The notes beneath the pieces were generated by a model. The model did no database searches. It had not been told where the DNA came from and saw nothing but the letters and a program-made list of their open reading frames with translations. The position numbers and the translations under genes were made by a program. From Octopus sinensis (Eukaryota), in contig NC_043005.1 in NCBI RefSeq assembly GCF_006345805.1, positions 84,444,001 to 84,508,000 on the forward strand: DNA of 64,000 bases. The letters run 5' to 3'. Positions 62,840 through 64,000 of the stretch are shown piece after piece. How positions within the stretch are numbered: position 1 is the stretch's first letter; every line of letters starts with the position of its first letter.

Positions 62840-63639
62840 TATATACATATACATTGCACAAACACACACACCTGTCCATATGTAAGGTTACTGATACATG
62901 TGTATGTCTGTGTGTGCGTCTTTGTATGTGTGTGCTTGTGTATGCATATGTGTATGTGGTGTATGTGTTTGCATGTCTGTGCGTGTGTGTGCATTTGCAG
63001 GTGTGCCTATGCATGTGTTCATGTGTGTACGCGTGTGTGTGTGTGTGTGTGTGCATGTGTGTGTATGGGTGTGTGTGTGTGCATGTATGGGTGTGTGTGT
63101 ATGTGTACATGTGTGTGCGTGCAGGTGTGTATGGCTGTGTTTATGGGTGTGTGCATGGGTGTGTGTGTATGTGTGTGTGTCCATGTGTGCATATGTATAT
63201 GCACGTGTGTTTGTGTGTGTGTCCATGTGTGCATGTGTGTATGCACGTGTGTTTGTGTCCATGTGTGTGTGCACGTGTGTTTGTGTGTGTGTGTGTTTCT
63301 GGTTCCATTCTCTCACACTTGGTCATATATTCTTAATGAGTGAATTACAGAGACGTTATTGAGATTCACAGCTTGCCATGTGGGAATTCTCTCAACCTGG
63401 CACTTATCTGTTTATCAGTTTTTATTTTAGTGCTTTTCATCAAAACACCTTAATTCAACACTGCCCCTTTTCACTTAATTATCAGATAAATATCTACCAG
63501 GTTCTTCTGAGAAAATTACCTGCATTCATTCAGCAAAGGAAAGACTGCAATCTGGGAATAAAGAATGTTCTTATTATTCCGTGTTTTAACATTTCATATC
63601 ATAATAACCATTTCTGCTAAGACCTGAAATTTTTTCTTT

Positions 63640-64000
63640 TATTCTTTTACTTGTTTCAGTCTTTTGACCGCGGCCATACTGGAGCACTACATTTTGTTGA
63701 ACAGATTGACCCCAGGACTTATTCTTTGTAAGCCTAGTACTTATTCTATTGGTCTCTTTTGCTGAAACAAGTTACAGGGACGTACACACGCGAACATTGG
63801 TTGTCAAGCAATGGTGGGGGAACAGACACAAACACACACACAGACATACGACAGGCTTCCTTCAGTTTCCCTCTATCAAATCCACTCATAAGGCTTTGGT
63901 CAGCCTGAGGCTATAGTAGAAGACACTTACCCAAGGTGCCACGCAATGGCAATGAACCCTGAACCATGTGGTTGGGAAGCAAGCTTCTTACCACATGGTC
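63640..64000 (-). mobile_element. SINE-B (runs to the window edge)
   Basis: TTTTACTTGTTTCAGTC tail through CATGTGGTTGGGAAGCAAGC head. Confidence 0.85.

Noticed and set aside
2212-63362. Long ORFs rich in Y/I/M/C/V/H/T (e.g. 2212-2925, 5094-6203, 16557-17036, 50291-50884, 58493-59203, 62753-63343)
   Set aside because: They are translations of (TA)n, (CA)n, (CATA)n and (GA)n microsatellites, which lack stops in some frames; no domain content

Overview
This is AT-rich eukaryotic DNA dominated by microsatellites and transposon debris. The SINE, LINE and MITE families look like those I recall from octopod cephalopod genomes (probably Octopus); this was not confirmed by a search. I recognise no intact host protein-coding gene, rRNA, true tRNA or CRISPR array. 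Nearly all ORFs in the supplied track are translations of simple repeats. The protein-like segments are all transposon relics: Penelope-like RT and GIY-YIG, R4/Dong-type RLE, an RTE tail, a possible LINE ORF1, maT (DD37D-type) and Tc1 transposases, and piggyBac fragments. Working names used below: SINE-A (head GGCGGCGAGCTGGCAGAAACGTTAGC), SINE-B (head GGAGTGGCTGTGTGGTAAG), SINE-C (head GGCGCATGGCTCAGTGGTTAGAG), and the GAT-tail family (ends GCATGGAAAACGGACGTTAAACGAT(GAT)n). The most interesting signal is a set of degenerate type-I hammerhead ribozyme (HHR) motifs of the Penelope-associated minimal kind, in at least four sequence families. They include (i) a fold-back element carrying two different, divergent HHRs, one per strand, at three loci (57370-57505, 55695-55865, 20540-20612) and (ii) an HHR with a large branched stem-II insert (41641-41744, 52874-52977). 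Every HHR copy has at least one defect, so activity is inferred only for reconstructed consensus sequences. Also notable: a young 1.05-kb TRIM-like element with trimmed LTR ends, complete orientation bias of SINE-A, and a few weak exon candidates. All alignments and translations were done by eye, and many repeat boundaries are approximate.
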